A stretch of DNA of 64,000 nt from Paraconexibacteraceae bacterium (GTDB lineage Bacteria > Actinomycetota > Thermoleophilia > Solirubrobacterales > Solirubrobacteraceae). A model generated the notes under the pieces. That model had not been told where the DNA came from. It saw nothing but the letters and a program-made list of their open reading frames with translations, and made no database searches. The position numbers and the translations under genes are program-made. The stretch spans positions 253,853-317,852 of the forward strand of contig CAVSFU010000009.1 of NCBI GenBank assembly GCA_963727365.1. The letters are read 5' to 3'. Shown here piece by piece: positions 18,505 to 27,022 of the stretch; position 1 is the first letter of the stretch; each line of letters begins with the position of its first letter.

Positions 18505-19113
18505 ATGTCGCTGCCTCGCGTTCTCATCCTCCACGGCTGGCAAGGCAACGACGCGGGGCACTGGCAGACGTGGCTTGCTGAGGAGCTCACGCGCGCCGGC
18601 GCGGAGGTCCTCTACCCCGACCTGCCGGAGTGCGACACGCCCTGTCCGGACCGCTGGGGGTCGGCGGTGCACATGCATCTGCGTGCGCTTGCCGCGGAGC
18701 CCGGCGAGCGCGTCGTCGTCTGCCACTCGCTCGGGTGCGTGGCGTGGTTGCGCGAGGCTGCGCGGATCCTGCCGAAGTACCGCGTCGACCGCGTCGTGCT
18801 GGTCGCGCCGCCGTGTCCGGGCGCGAAGGTCCCGGAGCTGGCGCGCTTCTACCCGACCAACGCCGACGCCGAGGCCGTGCGCGAGGTCGCTCGGCACACG
18901 CGCCTGGTGTGCTCGGACGACGATCCGTACTGCCCCGGGCGTGGCGCGCCCGAGCACTGGGGGCGTCCGCTCGAGCTGGTCGTCGACGTGCTGCCCGGCC
19001 AGGGTCACCTCAACCTCGAGTCCGGGCACGGGCCGTGGCCGGAGATGCTCGACTGGTGCCTCGGGCGCCGGGAGGCGCTGGACTACGGCGCGAAGAAGGG
19101 TGCGCTGACGTAG
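18505..19113 (+). CDS. RBBP9/YdeN-family alpha/beta serine hydrolase.
   Basis: It reads VLILHGWQGNDAGHWQTWL...VVVCHSLGCVAWL...GHLN. The 3' end overlaps the cysK 3' end by 31 nt. Confidence 0.75.
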   Translation: MSLPRVLILHGWQGNDAGHWQTWLAEELTRAGAEVLYPDLPECDTPCPDRWGSAVHMHLRALAAEPGERVVVCHSLGCVAWLREAARILPKYRVDRVVLVAPPCPGAKVPELARFYPTNADAEAVREVARHTRLVCSDDDPYCPGRGAPEHWGRPLELVVDVLPGQGHLNLESGHGPWPEMLDWCLGRREALDYGAKKGALT

Positions 19114-19997
19114 CGCTCGCCGCTGTCGGGCAGGATCGTGATGATCCGCCCACCGCGCTGCCGCGCGACCGCCTGCGCGGCGTGCAGTGCGGCGCCGCAG
19201 GACACGCCGCCGAGCACGCCTTCGGTTCGCGCGCACGCCTGGGCGGCGGCGACAGCGTCGTCGTCGGAGACCGTGATGATCTCGTCGATCAGGTCGCGCT
19301 CGAGCACGGGCGGCACGAAGCCCGCGCCGATGCCCTGGATGTGGTGTGGGCCGGGCGCGCCGCCCGACAGGACGGCCGAGCGTGCGGGCTCGACGGCGAC
19401 GACGTGCAGCTTGGGGTTGCGTGCCTTGAGGAAGCGCGCGCAGCCGGTGATCGTGCCGCCGGTGCCGACGCCCGCGACGAGCACGTCGACGTCCTCGTCG
19501 AGCTGGCGCCAGATCTCAGGCCCCGTCGTCTGCTCGTGGGCCAGCGGGTTTGCCGGGTTGGAGAACTGCTCCGGCAGGAAGACGTCGTCGCTCTGGGCCA
19601 TCGCGCGCGCCGCCGCGACGGCCTCGTTCATGCCACCGAGCGACTCGACGACGTCGACGCGCGCGCCGTAGAGCCTCAGCAGCGCCTCGCGCTCGCGGCT
19701 CATGCCCTGCGGCAGCGTCAGCACGAGCTCGTAGCCCTTTGCGGCGCAGACGAACGCCAGCGCGATGCCGGTGTTGCCGCTTGTTGCCTCGACGATCGTC
19801 GAGCGGCCCGGCTCGATGCGCCCCTCCTGCTCGGCGGCCTCGATCATCGCGACGCCGATGCGGTCCTTGACCGATCCTCCGGGGTTGTAGGCCTCGAGCT
19901 TGCCGAAGATCTGGGCGCGCTCCGGGGCGAGCCGCGTCAGCTCCACCACCGGCGTGTTGCCGACGAGATCCGAAACGGAGGTCGGGATTCCTCCCAT
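19083..19997 (-). CDS. cysK: Cysteine synthase A (O-acetylserine sulfhydrylase).
   Basis: The motifs GNTPVVEL, NPGGSVKDRIG, TSGNTGIALA and GVGTGGTITG are present. Confidence 0.95.
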   Translation of the reverse strand: MGGIPTSVSDLVGNTPVVELTRLAPERAQIFGKLEAYNPGGSVKDRIGVAMIEAAEQEGRIEPGRSTIVEATSGNTGIALAFVCAAKGYELVLTLPQGMSREREALLRLYGARVDVVESLGGMNEAVAAARAMAQSDDVFLPEQFSNPANPLAHEQTTGPEIWRQLDEDVDVLVAGVGTGGTITGCARFLKARNPKLHVVAVEPARSAVLSGGAPGPHHIQGIGAGFVPPVLERDLIDEIITVSDDDAVAAAQACARTEGVLGGVSCGAALHAAQAVARQRGGRIITILPDSGERYVSAPFFAP

Positions 19998-20077
19998 TCG
20001 TGCAGCCTAGCCGTGGATCCGCGCCATTACCTCGCACGTAAGCGACGCCGCGCGGCACGGCGGCTAGCCTCGCCGCC

Positions 20078-20482
20078 ATGACCGGACCAGAGGTAATGCG
20101 CCAGTTCGTCCCCAACTCCCCCTTTGCCGCGCAGCTCGGCATCGAGCTGATCGACGTCGGCGACGACGGGGCGCGCCTGCGCCTGCCCTGGCGTCCCGAG
20201 CACGCGACGGTCGGCGACGTCGTGCACGGCGGCGCGATCTCGACGCTTGCGGACATGGCCGTGATGGCGTCGGCGTGGGCCACCGACGACGTGCCCGCCG
20301 ACCTGCGCGGCGTCACCGTCTCGCTGACCGTGAACTTCCTCGACGCTGCGCGCGCAGAGGACCTCGAGGCGCGCGGCCAGGTCGTGCGCCGCGGGCGCTC
20401 GCTGACGTGCTGCGAGGCCGACGTGCTCGGTGCCGACGGCCGCATCGTCGCGCGCGCCCTGGGCACCTACAAGGTCGGCTGA
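20078..20482 (+). CDS. PaaI-family hotdog-fold thioesterase.
   Basis: It reads FAAQLGIELIDVGDDGARLRLPWRPEH...VVHGGAISTLADMA. Confidence 0.85.
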   Translation: MTGPEVMRQFVPNSPFAAQLGIELIDVGDDGARLRLPWRPEHATVGDVVHGGAISTLADMAVMASAWATDDVPADLRGVTVSLTVNFLDAARAEDLEARGQVVRRGRSLTCCEADVLGADGRIVARALGTYKVG

Positions 20483-20490
20483 CCGCGCGG

Positions 20491-20853
20491 CTACTCCGGC
20501 AGGGTGATGAACAGCGTCTCGCGGACCGTGTCGCCGATTCTGCGCGTGCGGTGGCCCTTGCCGCTGGTGTCCTCCACCAGCACCACGCTGCCCGGCCCGA
20601 ACCGCCGCGTCTCGCCGTCTGACACCGTGACCTCAGACTCGCCGCTGAGGCCGACGATGAGCTGGCGCCGCGGTGCGGTGTGCGGCTCGTCGGGGAACTC
20701 CTCGGTGACGCGGCGGAACCGCAGCTCACGGACGTCCAGCGGCGCGGAGATCAGCCACGCCGCGCCGGCGTAGCGCTCCGTGGCCATCTCCGGCGACAGG
20801 TCCTCGAAGTGCGTCTCGCCGTGCTCGTCGCTGTAGATCCGGACGTAATCCAT
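20491..20853 (-). CDS. Cupin-domain protein of unknown function.
   Basis: This 120-aa ORF has good GC3 codon bias and a beta-rich pattern, GESEVTVSDGETRRFGPGSVVLVEDTSGKGH. Confidence 0.6.
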   Translation of the reverse strand: MDYVRIYSDEHGETHFEDLSPEMATERYAGAAWLISAPLDVRELRFRRVTEEFPDEPHTAPRRQLIVGLSGESEVTVSDGETRRFGPGSVVLVEDTSGKGHRTRRIGDTVRETLFITLPE

Positions 20854-20878
20854 CCTGGGACTTGTACGCGATCCGGCG

Positions 20879-21541
20879 CTACTCGTCGGGATACAGCGTC
20901 CGGATGAGTAGCGCGGCTGCAGCCGCGCCCACGAGCTGCGCGAGCACGAAGCTCGGCACCGAGGCAGGTGCGATGCCGGCGAACGTGTCGCTGAACATCC
21001 GGCCGACGCTGATCGCGGGGTTCGCGAAGCTCGTCGAGCTGGTGAACCAATAGGCGGCGCCGATGTAGGCGCCGACGGCCGCGGGTGCGGCGGCGTGGCG
21101 TGCGGTGCGAACGAGGCTGAAGATCACGAGCAGCAGGCCGACGGTCGCGATCGCCTCGGCGAAGAGATGTGCGCCGCTGGCGCGGTGCGTCTCGCTGATG
21201 CTGACGGCGGCAAGCTCGAACATCGCGTTGGCGGCGACCGCGCCGGTAACGCAGCCGGCGACCTGCGTCGGCACGTAGGCGGCCGCGTCGCGCCAGGAGA
21301 TGCCGCCGAGGTGGGCGTCGACGAGCGAGACCACCGGGTTGAAGTGCGCGCCGCTCACCGCACCGAACATCAGGATGATCGCGAACAGCCCCGCCGCGGT
21401 CGCCGCGGCGTTCTCGAGCAGCTGCAGGCCGCGGTCGTCGGAGAGGTTCGCGGCCGCGATGCCCGACCCGATGACGAGCGCGGCGAGGAACGCCGAGCCG
21501 AGGAACTCGGCGAGCAGACGGCGCGGCAGCGGTGCGGTCAC
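20879..21541 (-). CDS. MIP-family aquaglyceroporin in the ars operon (AqpS-like).
   Basis: It carries SGAHFNPVVSL and FANPAISVGR, the NPV/NPA pair, and six TM segments. The GTG start at 21541 overlaps the arsC stop. Confidence 0.85.
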   Translation of the reverse strand: MTAPLPRRLLAEFLGSAFLAALVIGSGIAAANLSDDRGLQLLENAAATAAGLFAIILMFGAVSGAHFNPVVSLVDAHLGGISWRDAAAYVPTQVAGCVTGAVAANAMFELAAVSISETHRASGAHLFAEAIATVGLLLVIFSLVRTARHAAAPAAVGAYIGAAYWFTSSTSFANPAISVGRMFSDTFAGIAPASVPSFVLAQLVGAAAAALLIRTLYPDE

Positions 21542-21927
21542 GACAGCTCCGCAAGCAGCTCGTCGATGCGGCCTGCGATCTCGTCGCGCGTGGCACGGAC
21601 CGCGTCGAGCGCCTGCCCCTTGGGGTCGTCGAGCTCCCAGTCGAGGTAGCGCTTGCCTGGGATGTAGGGACAGGCGTCGCCGCAGCCCATCGTGACGACG
21701 ACGTCGGCCCACTCCGCCAGCTCACGCGTGAGCAGCTTCGGCGTTTCTGCGCGGATGTCGAGGTCGAGCTCGTCCATCGCCTCGGCAACCTCGGGGTGGA
21801 CGCGGTCAGCCGGCTCGCTGCCGGCCGAGCGCGCCTCGTGGGCGCCGTTGGCGGCGCGGTTGAAGAGCGCTTGGCTCATCTGCGAGCGCCCCGCGTTGTG
21901 GACGCAGACGAAGAGGACTTGGGTCAC
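21538..21927 (-). CDS. arsC: Arsenate reductase, LMW-PTPase type.
   Basis: It reads VLFVCVHNAGRSQMSQALF (CX5R loop) ...GCGDACP...DDPKG. Confidence 0.9.
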   Translation of the reverse strand: MTQVLFVCVHNAGRSQMSQALFNRAANGAHEARSAGSEPADRVHPEVAEAMDELDLDIRAETPKLLTRELAEWADVVVTMGCGDACPYIPGKRYLDWELDDPKGQALDAVRATRDEIAGRIDELLAELS

Positions 21928-21945
21928 GGTGCGCGATCGTATCTA

Positions 21946-21974
21946 TTGACAAGTCTCTATTCAATCGGTATTCA
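21946..21974 (+). promoter_or_regulatory. Sigma-70-like promoter for arsR: TTGACA, 17 bp, TATTCA. It predicts a leaderless or near-leaderless transcript.
   Basis: The -35 element is at 21946-21951 and the -10 at 21969-21974. The arsR ATG is at 21982, so there is no room for an SD sequence. This is the only AT-rich segment nearby. Confidence 0.5.
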
Positions 21975-21981
21975 TATATCG

Positions 21982-22335
21982 ATGGCTGTCGATCTGGAGC
22001 TTGCCCCGAAGACCAAACGACCGAAGGGCGAGCGCTGCTGCGAGCCCGTCGTCTACCCCGATGTCGAGCGCGAGCAGGCCGCCCGTATCGCCGCGGTCGC
22101 AAAGGCGCTCGGCGACCCAATCCGCCTGCAGCTCGTCGACGTGCTGCGCAAGCACGCCGGCAAGGTCTGCGTCTGCGAGCTCGTGCCGCTGTTCGACGTC
22201 TCGCAGCCGACGCTCAGCCATCACCTCAAGAAGCTGCGCGAGGCCGGGATCGTCGATTCCGAGCGCCGCGGCCTGTGGGCCTACTACTACGTCCTCCCCG
22301 AGTCCCTGAAGGAGATCTCGACATGGCTGAGCTGA
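21982..22335 (+). CDS. arsR: ArsR/SmtB-family metalloregulator.
   Basis: It reads LGDPIRLQLVDVLRKHAGKVCVCELVPLFDVSQPTLSHHLKKLREAGIV. It contains the CVC site plus an N-terminal CC pair. Confidence 0.92.
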   Translation: MAVDLELAPKTKRPKGERCCEPVVYPDVEREQAARIAAVAKALGDPIRLQLVDVLRKHAGKVCVCELVPLFDVSQPTLSHHLKKLREAGIVDSERRGLWAYYYVLPESLKEISTWLS

Positions 22336-23105
22336 CCGACACCGAGCTGCGCGAGCACGTCCGCACGCGCTACACCGACGCCGCCCTGCGGATGGCCGAC
22401 CGCGACGCCACGGCCGGTTGTGGCTGTGGCTGCGAGTCCACTGAGGGCGGCTGCTGCGACGCCGGGCCTGCTGTCTTCGGCGGCGACCTCTACGCCGATG
22501 CCGACGTCAGCGGTGCGCCCGACGCTGCGGTGAGCGCGTCGCTCGGCTGCGGCGTCCCGACCGCGGTCGCCGATCTCGCGCCAGGCGAGACCGTCCTTGA
22601 CCTCGGCTCGGGTGCAGGCGCCGACGTCCTCATCTCGGCGCAGCGCGTCGGGCCGAGCGGGCGTGCCTACGGCCTGGACATGACCGACGAGATGCTCGCG
22701 CTCGCGCGCGCCAACGCGGCCGCTGCCGGTGCCGACAACGTCGAGTTCCTCAAGGGCTACATCGAAGAGATCCCGCTCCCCGACGACAGCGTCGACGTGG
22801 TCATCTCCAACTGCGTGATCAACCTGGCTGCCGACAAGCAGCAGGTGCTACGCGAGGTGGCGCGCGTCCTGCGTCCGGGCGGGCGTTTGGCTGTTTCCGA
22901 CGTGATCGCCGACAGCGACATGGACGACGCGACCCGTGCCGACATGAGCGAGTGGACCGGCTGCATCGCCGGCGCGCTCGGACGCGAGGAGTACAACGCT
23001 GCGCTCGCGAGCGCGGGACTCGGCGAGATCGAGATCCGCGAGACCCACCGCGTGCACGAGCACGCGGCGTCGGCGATCATCCGCGCCCGGAAGGAGGCGT
23101 CATGA
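22323..23105 (+). CDS. arsM: Arsenite S-adenosylmethionine methyltransferase.
   Basis: The N-terminus is Cys-rich (GCGCGCESTEGGCC). The SAM motif VLDLGSGAGADV and the sequences VISNCVINL and WTGCIAGAL are also present. Confidence 0.88.
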   Translation: MAELTDTELREHVRTRYTDAALRMADRDATAGCGCGCESTEGGCCDAGPAVFGGDLYADADVSGAPDAAVSASLGCGVPTAVADLAPGETVLDLGSGAGADVLISAQRVGPSGRAYGLDMTDEMLALARANAAAAGADNVEFLKGYIEEIPLPDDSVDVVISNCVINLAADKQQVLREVARVLRPGGRLAVSDVIADSDMDDATRADMSEWTGCIAGALGREEYNAALASAGLGEIEIRETHRVHEHAASAIIRARKEAS

Positions 23106-23263
23106 CGATTCAAGACCTGCTCGTCGCCGAGGCTCGCCGTGCGGCGACCGCGCGCGTCGCGGCGCGCTGCTGCGGCCGTCCCGCCACGGCCCGTCCCCCC
23201 GCCCGCACGTTCGCGCTGCGCCGACCGCGCCTGTGGGTGCGTCCGGCGCGAGCCTGCTGCTGA
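23102..23263 (+). CDS. Hypothetical 53-aa Arg-rich peptide with two vicinal Cys pairs.
   Basis: It reads MTIQDLLVAEARRAATARVAARCCGRPATARPPARTFALRRPRLWVRPARACC. It has an ATGA overlap with the arsM stop, and its own stop is 1 nt before the next ATG. GC3 is high. I recognise no homology. Confidence 0.3.
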   Translation: MTIQDLLVAEARRAATARVAARCCGRPATARPPARTFALRRPRLWVRPARACC

Positions 23264-23264
23264 G

Positions 23265-24101
23265 ATGGCCGCGATCAACCTCCACGACCCGCAGACGCTC
23301 TACCGCCACTGGGAGGCCGAGCAGTGGAACCCGTTCACGATCGACCTCACGCGTGACGTCGAGCACTGGGCGGCGATGGAGGACCGCGGGCTGTACGACT
23401 TCGTGCTCGGCTCGCTGATGGTCGCCGAGGAGCGCATCACCACGAAGTTCTCCGGGCTGGTCGGCGCGCACGGCAGCGAGGAGGAAGCGACGTTCCTCGC
23501 GACCCAGCAGGTCGACGAAGCGCGCCATATGCAGTTCTACGCGCGCTTTCAGGACGAGGTCGTCGGCGAGCCGACGGCGATCGCCGCCCACGTCGAGCGC
23601 GCGCGGGAGCAGATCTCCCCCGCGTTTCGCACGATCTTCGACGACAAGCTCGTCGCCGCGCACGACCGCTTGGTGGCCGACCCAGCTGACCGCGAGGCGA
23701 AGGTCGCCTTCGTGACGATGTACCACCAGGTGCTCGAGGGAACGCTCGGCCTGACGACCTTCGAGTTCTCGACGCGCCTGCTCGAGCGCGAGGGCCTGCT
23801 CCCGGGCTTCCGCGAGGGCTACGCGAAGATCCACCACGACGAGCACCGCCACATCGGTTACGGCACGTGGTTCCTGCGCCAGGCGGTTGCCGACGACCCC
23901 GCGATGGGCGACGTCGTCCGCGCGACGCTGCGCGACCTCCTCCCCGCCGTCGCCGACTCGCTGCAGACGCCCGAGGGCACGGACGCGTCCGTCCTGGGCG
24001 CGACGACCGACGAGCTGCGCTCCTTCGCGCTCAACGGCCTGACGCGGCGGTTGAGCATCATCGGCGTGCCGATCGAAACGCTCGCGGACTCGCTCCCATA
24101 A
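23265..24101 (+). CDS. Ferritin-like diiron protein of the ribonucleotide-reductase R2-like family.
   Basis: Two E..H motifs are present: QQVDEARHMQFY and KIHHDEHRHIGYG. MVAEERI and YHQVLEGTL provide further carboxylate positions. Confidence 0.7.
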   Translation: MAAINLHDPQTLYRHWEAEQWNPFTIDLTRDVEHWAAMEDRGLYDFVLGSLMVAEERITTKFSGLVGAHGSEEEATFLATQQVDEARHMQFYARFQDEVVGEPTAIAAHVERAREQISPAFRTIFDDKLVAAHDRLVADPADREAKVAFVTMYHQVLEGTLGLTTFEFSTRLLEREGLLPGFREGYAKIHHDEHRHIGYGTWFLRQAVADDPAMGDVVRATLRDLLPAVADSLQTPEGTDASVLGATTDELRSFALNGLTRRLSIIGVPIETLADSLP

Positions 24102-24117
24102 TAAGACTGAGTCTCAT
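24101..24117. promoter_or_regulatory. 8-1-8 near-perfect palindrome ATAAGACT-G-AGTCTCAT immediately upstream of the COG0523 gene; candidate metalloregulator (Zur/Fur-family-like) operator.
   Basis: 7 of 8 arm positions are complementary. It sits in an AT-rich island 11 nt before the GTG at 24129. Confidence 0.35.
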
Positions 24118-24128
24118 CTTGCGATACG

Positions 24129-25334
24129 GTGCAGGTGATGCTCGACACCCGCCTCCCCGTCACCGTGCTCTCCGGCTTCCTCGGCGCCGGCAAGACGACG
24201 CTGCTCAACCACGTCCTCGCCAACCGCGAGGGACGGCGGGTCGCCGTGATCGTCAACGACATGAGCGAGGTCAACATCGACGCCGCGCTGGTGCGCGACG
24301 GCCTGCGGCGCGTCGACGAGCAGCTCGTCGAGCTGACCAACGGCTGCATCTGCTGCACGCTGCGCGAGGACCTGCTCATCGAGGTCGGCCGCCTCGCGGA
24401 CGCGGGTCGCTTCGACTACCTGCTGGTCGAGTCGACCGGGATCTCCGAGCCGCTTCCGGTCGCCGAGACGTTCACGTTCGCCGACGAGCACGGTCGCTCG
24501 CTGTCGGACGTGGCGCGACTCGACACGATGGTGAGCGTCGTCGACGGCCGCGCGTTCCTCGACGATCTCGGCTCGCTTGACGACATCGCGCAGCGTGGCG
24601 AGGCGCTCGGCGAGGACGACGAGCGCACCGTGGTCGACCTGCTCGTCGACCAGGTCGAGTTCGCCGACGTGCTCGTGATCTCCAAGTGCGACGTCACCGA
24701 TCCGGATCGCATCCGCCGCACCGAGGAGGTGCTCCGCGTGCTGAACCCACGCGCCGAGGTGGTCCGCGCTGCCAACGGCGCGGTCGACCTCGACACCGTC
24801 CTCGACACCGGCCGTTTCGACTTCGACCAGGCCAGCGAGGCCCCTGGCTGGCTTGCCGTCCTGCGCGGCGACGAGCAGCCCGAGACCGACGAGTACGGCA
24901 TCCGCAGCTTCGTCTACCGCGCGCGTCGACCGTTCCACCCCGCCCGCCTGCACGACGCGGCCAACGAGGCGTGGCCCGGCGTGCTGCGCTCCAAGGGCCA
25001 GTTCTGGCTTGCGTCGCGACCGTGGTTTGCGGGGCTGTGGTCTTCGGCCGGCGGCGTGCTCTCGCTCGGCCGCGCGGGGTTGTGGTGGTCTGCGGTCCCG
25101 CGCGAGCACTGGCCCGCCGAGGCCGTCGCGCACATCGACGAGTTCAGCGAGGAGCCCTGGGGCGACCGCCGTCAGGAGATCGTCTTCATCGGCGACGAGA
25201 TGGACGAGCCGTCGATCCGCGCGCGGCTCGACGCCTGCCTGCTACGTGACGACGAGCTCGCCGAGGGCGATGCGCGTCGTGGCTGGGACGTCGCGGACCC
25301 ACTGCCCTCCTGGGGCGAGCCGGTCCGGGCTTAG
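24129..25334 (+). CDS. COG0523 (CobW/YeiR/ZigA-like) metal-chaperone GTPase.
   Basis: It has the P-loop [16 protein letters not shown], the CICC metal motif ([13 protein letters not shown]), ESTGISEP, and a CobW_C-like tail. Confidence 0.9.
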   Translation: MQVMLDTRLPVTVLSGFLGAGKTTLLNHVLANREGRRVAVIVNDMSEVNIDAALVRDGLRRVDEQLVELTNGCICCTLREDLLIEVGRLADAGRFDYLLVESTGISEPLPVAETFTFADEHGRSLSDVARLDTMVSVVDGRAFLDDLGSLDDIAQRGEALGEDDERTVVDLLVDQVEFADVLVISKCDVTDPDRIRRTEEVLRVLNPRAEVVRAANGAVDLDTVLDTGRFDFDQASEAPGWLAVLRGDEQPETDEYGIRSFVYRARRPFHPARLHDAANEAWPGVLRSKGQFWLASRPWFAGLWSSAGGVLSLGRAGLWWSAVPREHWPAEAVAHIDEFSEEPWGDRRQEIVFIGDEMDEPSIRARLDACLLRDDELAEGDARRGWDVADPLPSWGEPVRA

Positions 25335-26202
25335 CCCGGCGGCGACGCGAGGTCGCACACCGCCGCTGCCTGGGCGACCGGATTGGCGAGGCGGCGTTCG
25401 GCGGCGGGGCTGTCGATGCTGCCGCTCGCGAGCACGTCGGTGACGCGGTCGTCGGACACGATCACCCTGAGCCCGCGAAGCACGCACTCCAGCCGCTGGG
25501 GCGCGATGCCGTCGACCTCTTCGCCGACGAGCCGCTCGAACGCCTGACGCAGCAAGGAGATGCCTGCCGCGGCGCGACAGCGCGCGAGCCACCGATACGT
25601 CGTCGTCAAGCCCGCGCGTCGTGCACCCAGGACGGAGTAGGCAAGCCGCGTCACTTCGGAGTCCGACATCCGATCGGCGCTGCGTCGCACGCAGCGCTGG
25701 ATGACGTCCCGCTCGCTCGCTGCGGTCGCCTGCAGGTGTCCGGCGACGGTCGCTCCTAGCTGACCGCGCAGGAGGTCGGCGTCGAAGCCATCGACGCGCC
25801 AGCCCCCACGCTCGTAGCGCAGCGTCAGCGTGCCCGCGATGCGGTCGCCGTCGCCGGTGTTCAGCCCGACACGCGTGCGCGCGCGGTCGCCGTCGACGGT
25901 GGCTCCCATGACGCTGGCTTGCGCAGGGATGTCGGGCATCCCTTCGCCGAGGACGCGCACGCAGCGAGCGACGTCGCCGTAGATGCGCACGGTCAACCGC
26001 CGGGTCAGCACATGGCGGCAGCGACGGCCAGCATCGAACGTCTGCAGCGCGCTCAGCGCCGCTCCACGCACCTCCGCGTCGCGCGTCGGTGGCGGGGTGG
26101 GCGAAACGTCGTCGTTGTCACGCCGCCGCCGCCACAAGCGGCGAGCGACACCGCGACCACGATCCAAGGAAGTTCGCGAGCGCACGGCGCGTAGTGAAGC
26201 AC
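25331..26202 (-). pseudogene. Putative lipoprotein; the signal peptide and mature part are in different frames (shift near 26120).
   Basis: The frame from GTG 26202 reads VLHYAPCARELPWIVVAVSLAACGGGG, which contains a lipobox. The rest, DNDDVSPTPPPTRDAEVRGAALSALQTF...RYERGGWRVDGFD..., reads in another frame. It resembles the N-terminus of lipoprotein 52123..52794 (VIGGCGGRDNDD). Confidence 0.5.
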
Positions 26203-26218
26203 CGCTACCGTCACACCG

Positions 26219-27022
26219 GTGGCCGCCCAGACCGAGCAGGAGCCCCAGACCGCGGGCGAGCTCATCCGCTTCTGGCGCACGCGGCGCGGGCTCAGCCAGC
26301 TCGAGCTGTCGCTGGATGCAAACGTCTCCACGAAGCACCTGAGCTTTGTCGAGACCGGCCGCTCCCGTCCTGGTCGCCAGCTCCTGACCCACCTGGCCCA
26401 GCACCTCGATCTGCCGATCAGCGAGCGCAATCGCCTGCTGCTGGCGGGCGGCTACGCGCCTCCCTACTTGGAGGGCCCCTACGACGGCGACGTGATGCAG
26501 CCGCTGCGCGAGTCGCTCAGCCGGCTGCTCGAGGCGCACGAGCCGAACCCGGCGCTGATCGTCGACGGGCTCTGGAACCTGATCGACTCCAATCGCGCCG
26601 CTTCGCTGCTCTGGGACGGCGTCGACCCCGAGCTCCTCGAGCCACCGATCAACCTGCTGCGCCTCGGCGTTCACCCGGGCGGCCTGCCGCGGATCTCGTC
26701 GATGACCGCCGCGTGCAACGCGCCGCTGATCCACCGGCTCAAGCGCCGCAGCCGCGAGGACGCCGATCCCGCCCTCGCCAAGCTCATCGAGGAGGTCGAG
26801 TCCTACCTCCCCGACGAGCCGCCGGACGGAGTCGCCACCCAGCCGGTGGTCTCGCTCAAGCTGCAGACAGCCGTCGGCGAAGTCGAGCTGTTCACGGTCA
26901 TCGCCACCCTCGGAGCCCCGCTCGACGTCACGGCCGCGAACCTCGCGATCGAGACCTTCCTGCCGATGAACCCCGAGAGCGCAGCGCGGCTGGCTGAGCT
27001 GATGCGGCGCGATCAGATGTAG
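26219..27022 (+). CDS. XRE-family HTH regulator with an MmyB-like C-terminal ligand-binding domain.
   Basis: It reads LIRFWRTRRGLSQLELSLDANVSTKHLSFVETGRSRP...ERNRLLLAGGY...VIATLGAPLDVTAANLAIETFLP. Confidence 0.85.
   Translation: MAAQTEQEPQTAGELIRFWRTRRGLSQLELSLDANVSTKHLSFVETGRSRPGRQLLTHLAQHLDLPISERNRLLLAGGYAPPYLEGPYDGDVMQPLRESLSRLLEAHEPNPALIVDGLWNLIDSNRAASLLWDGVDPELLEPPINLLRLGVHPGGLPRISSMTAACNAPLIHRLKRRSREDADPALAKLIEEVESYLPDEPPDGVATQPVVSLKLQTAVGEVELFTVIATLGAPLDVTAANLAIETFLPMNPESAARLAELMRRDQM

Noticed and set aside
19083-19113. 31-nt convergent overlap of the cysK and YdeN-like hydrolase 3' ends as a regulatory antisense element.
   Set aside because: Short convergent overlaps are common throughout this compact window (17737-17754, 6722-6738, 62016-62023). 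Nothing sequence-specific, such as a hairpin or conserved motif, distinguishes this one.
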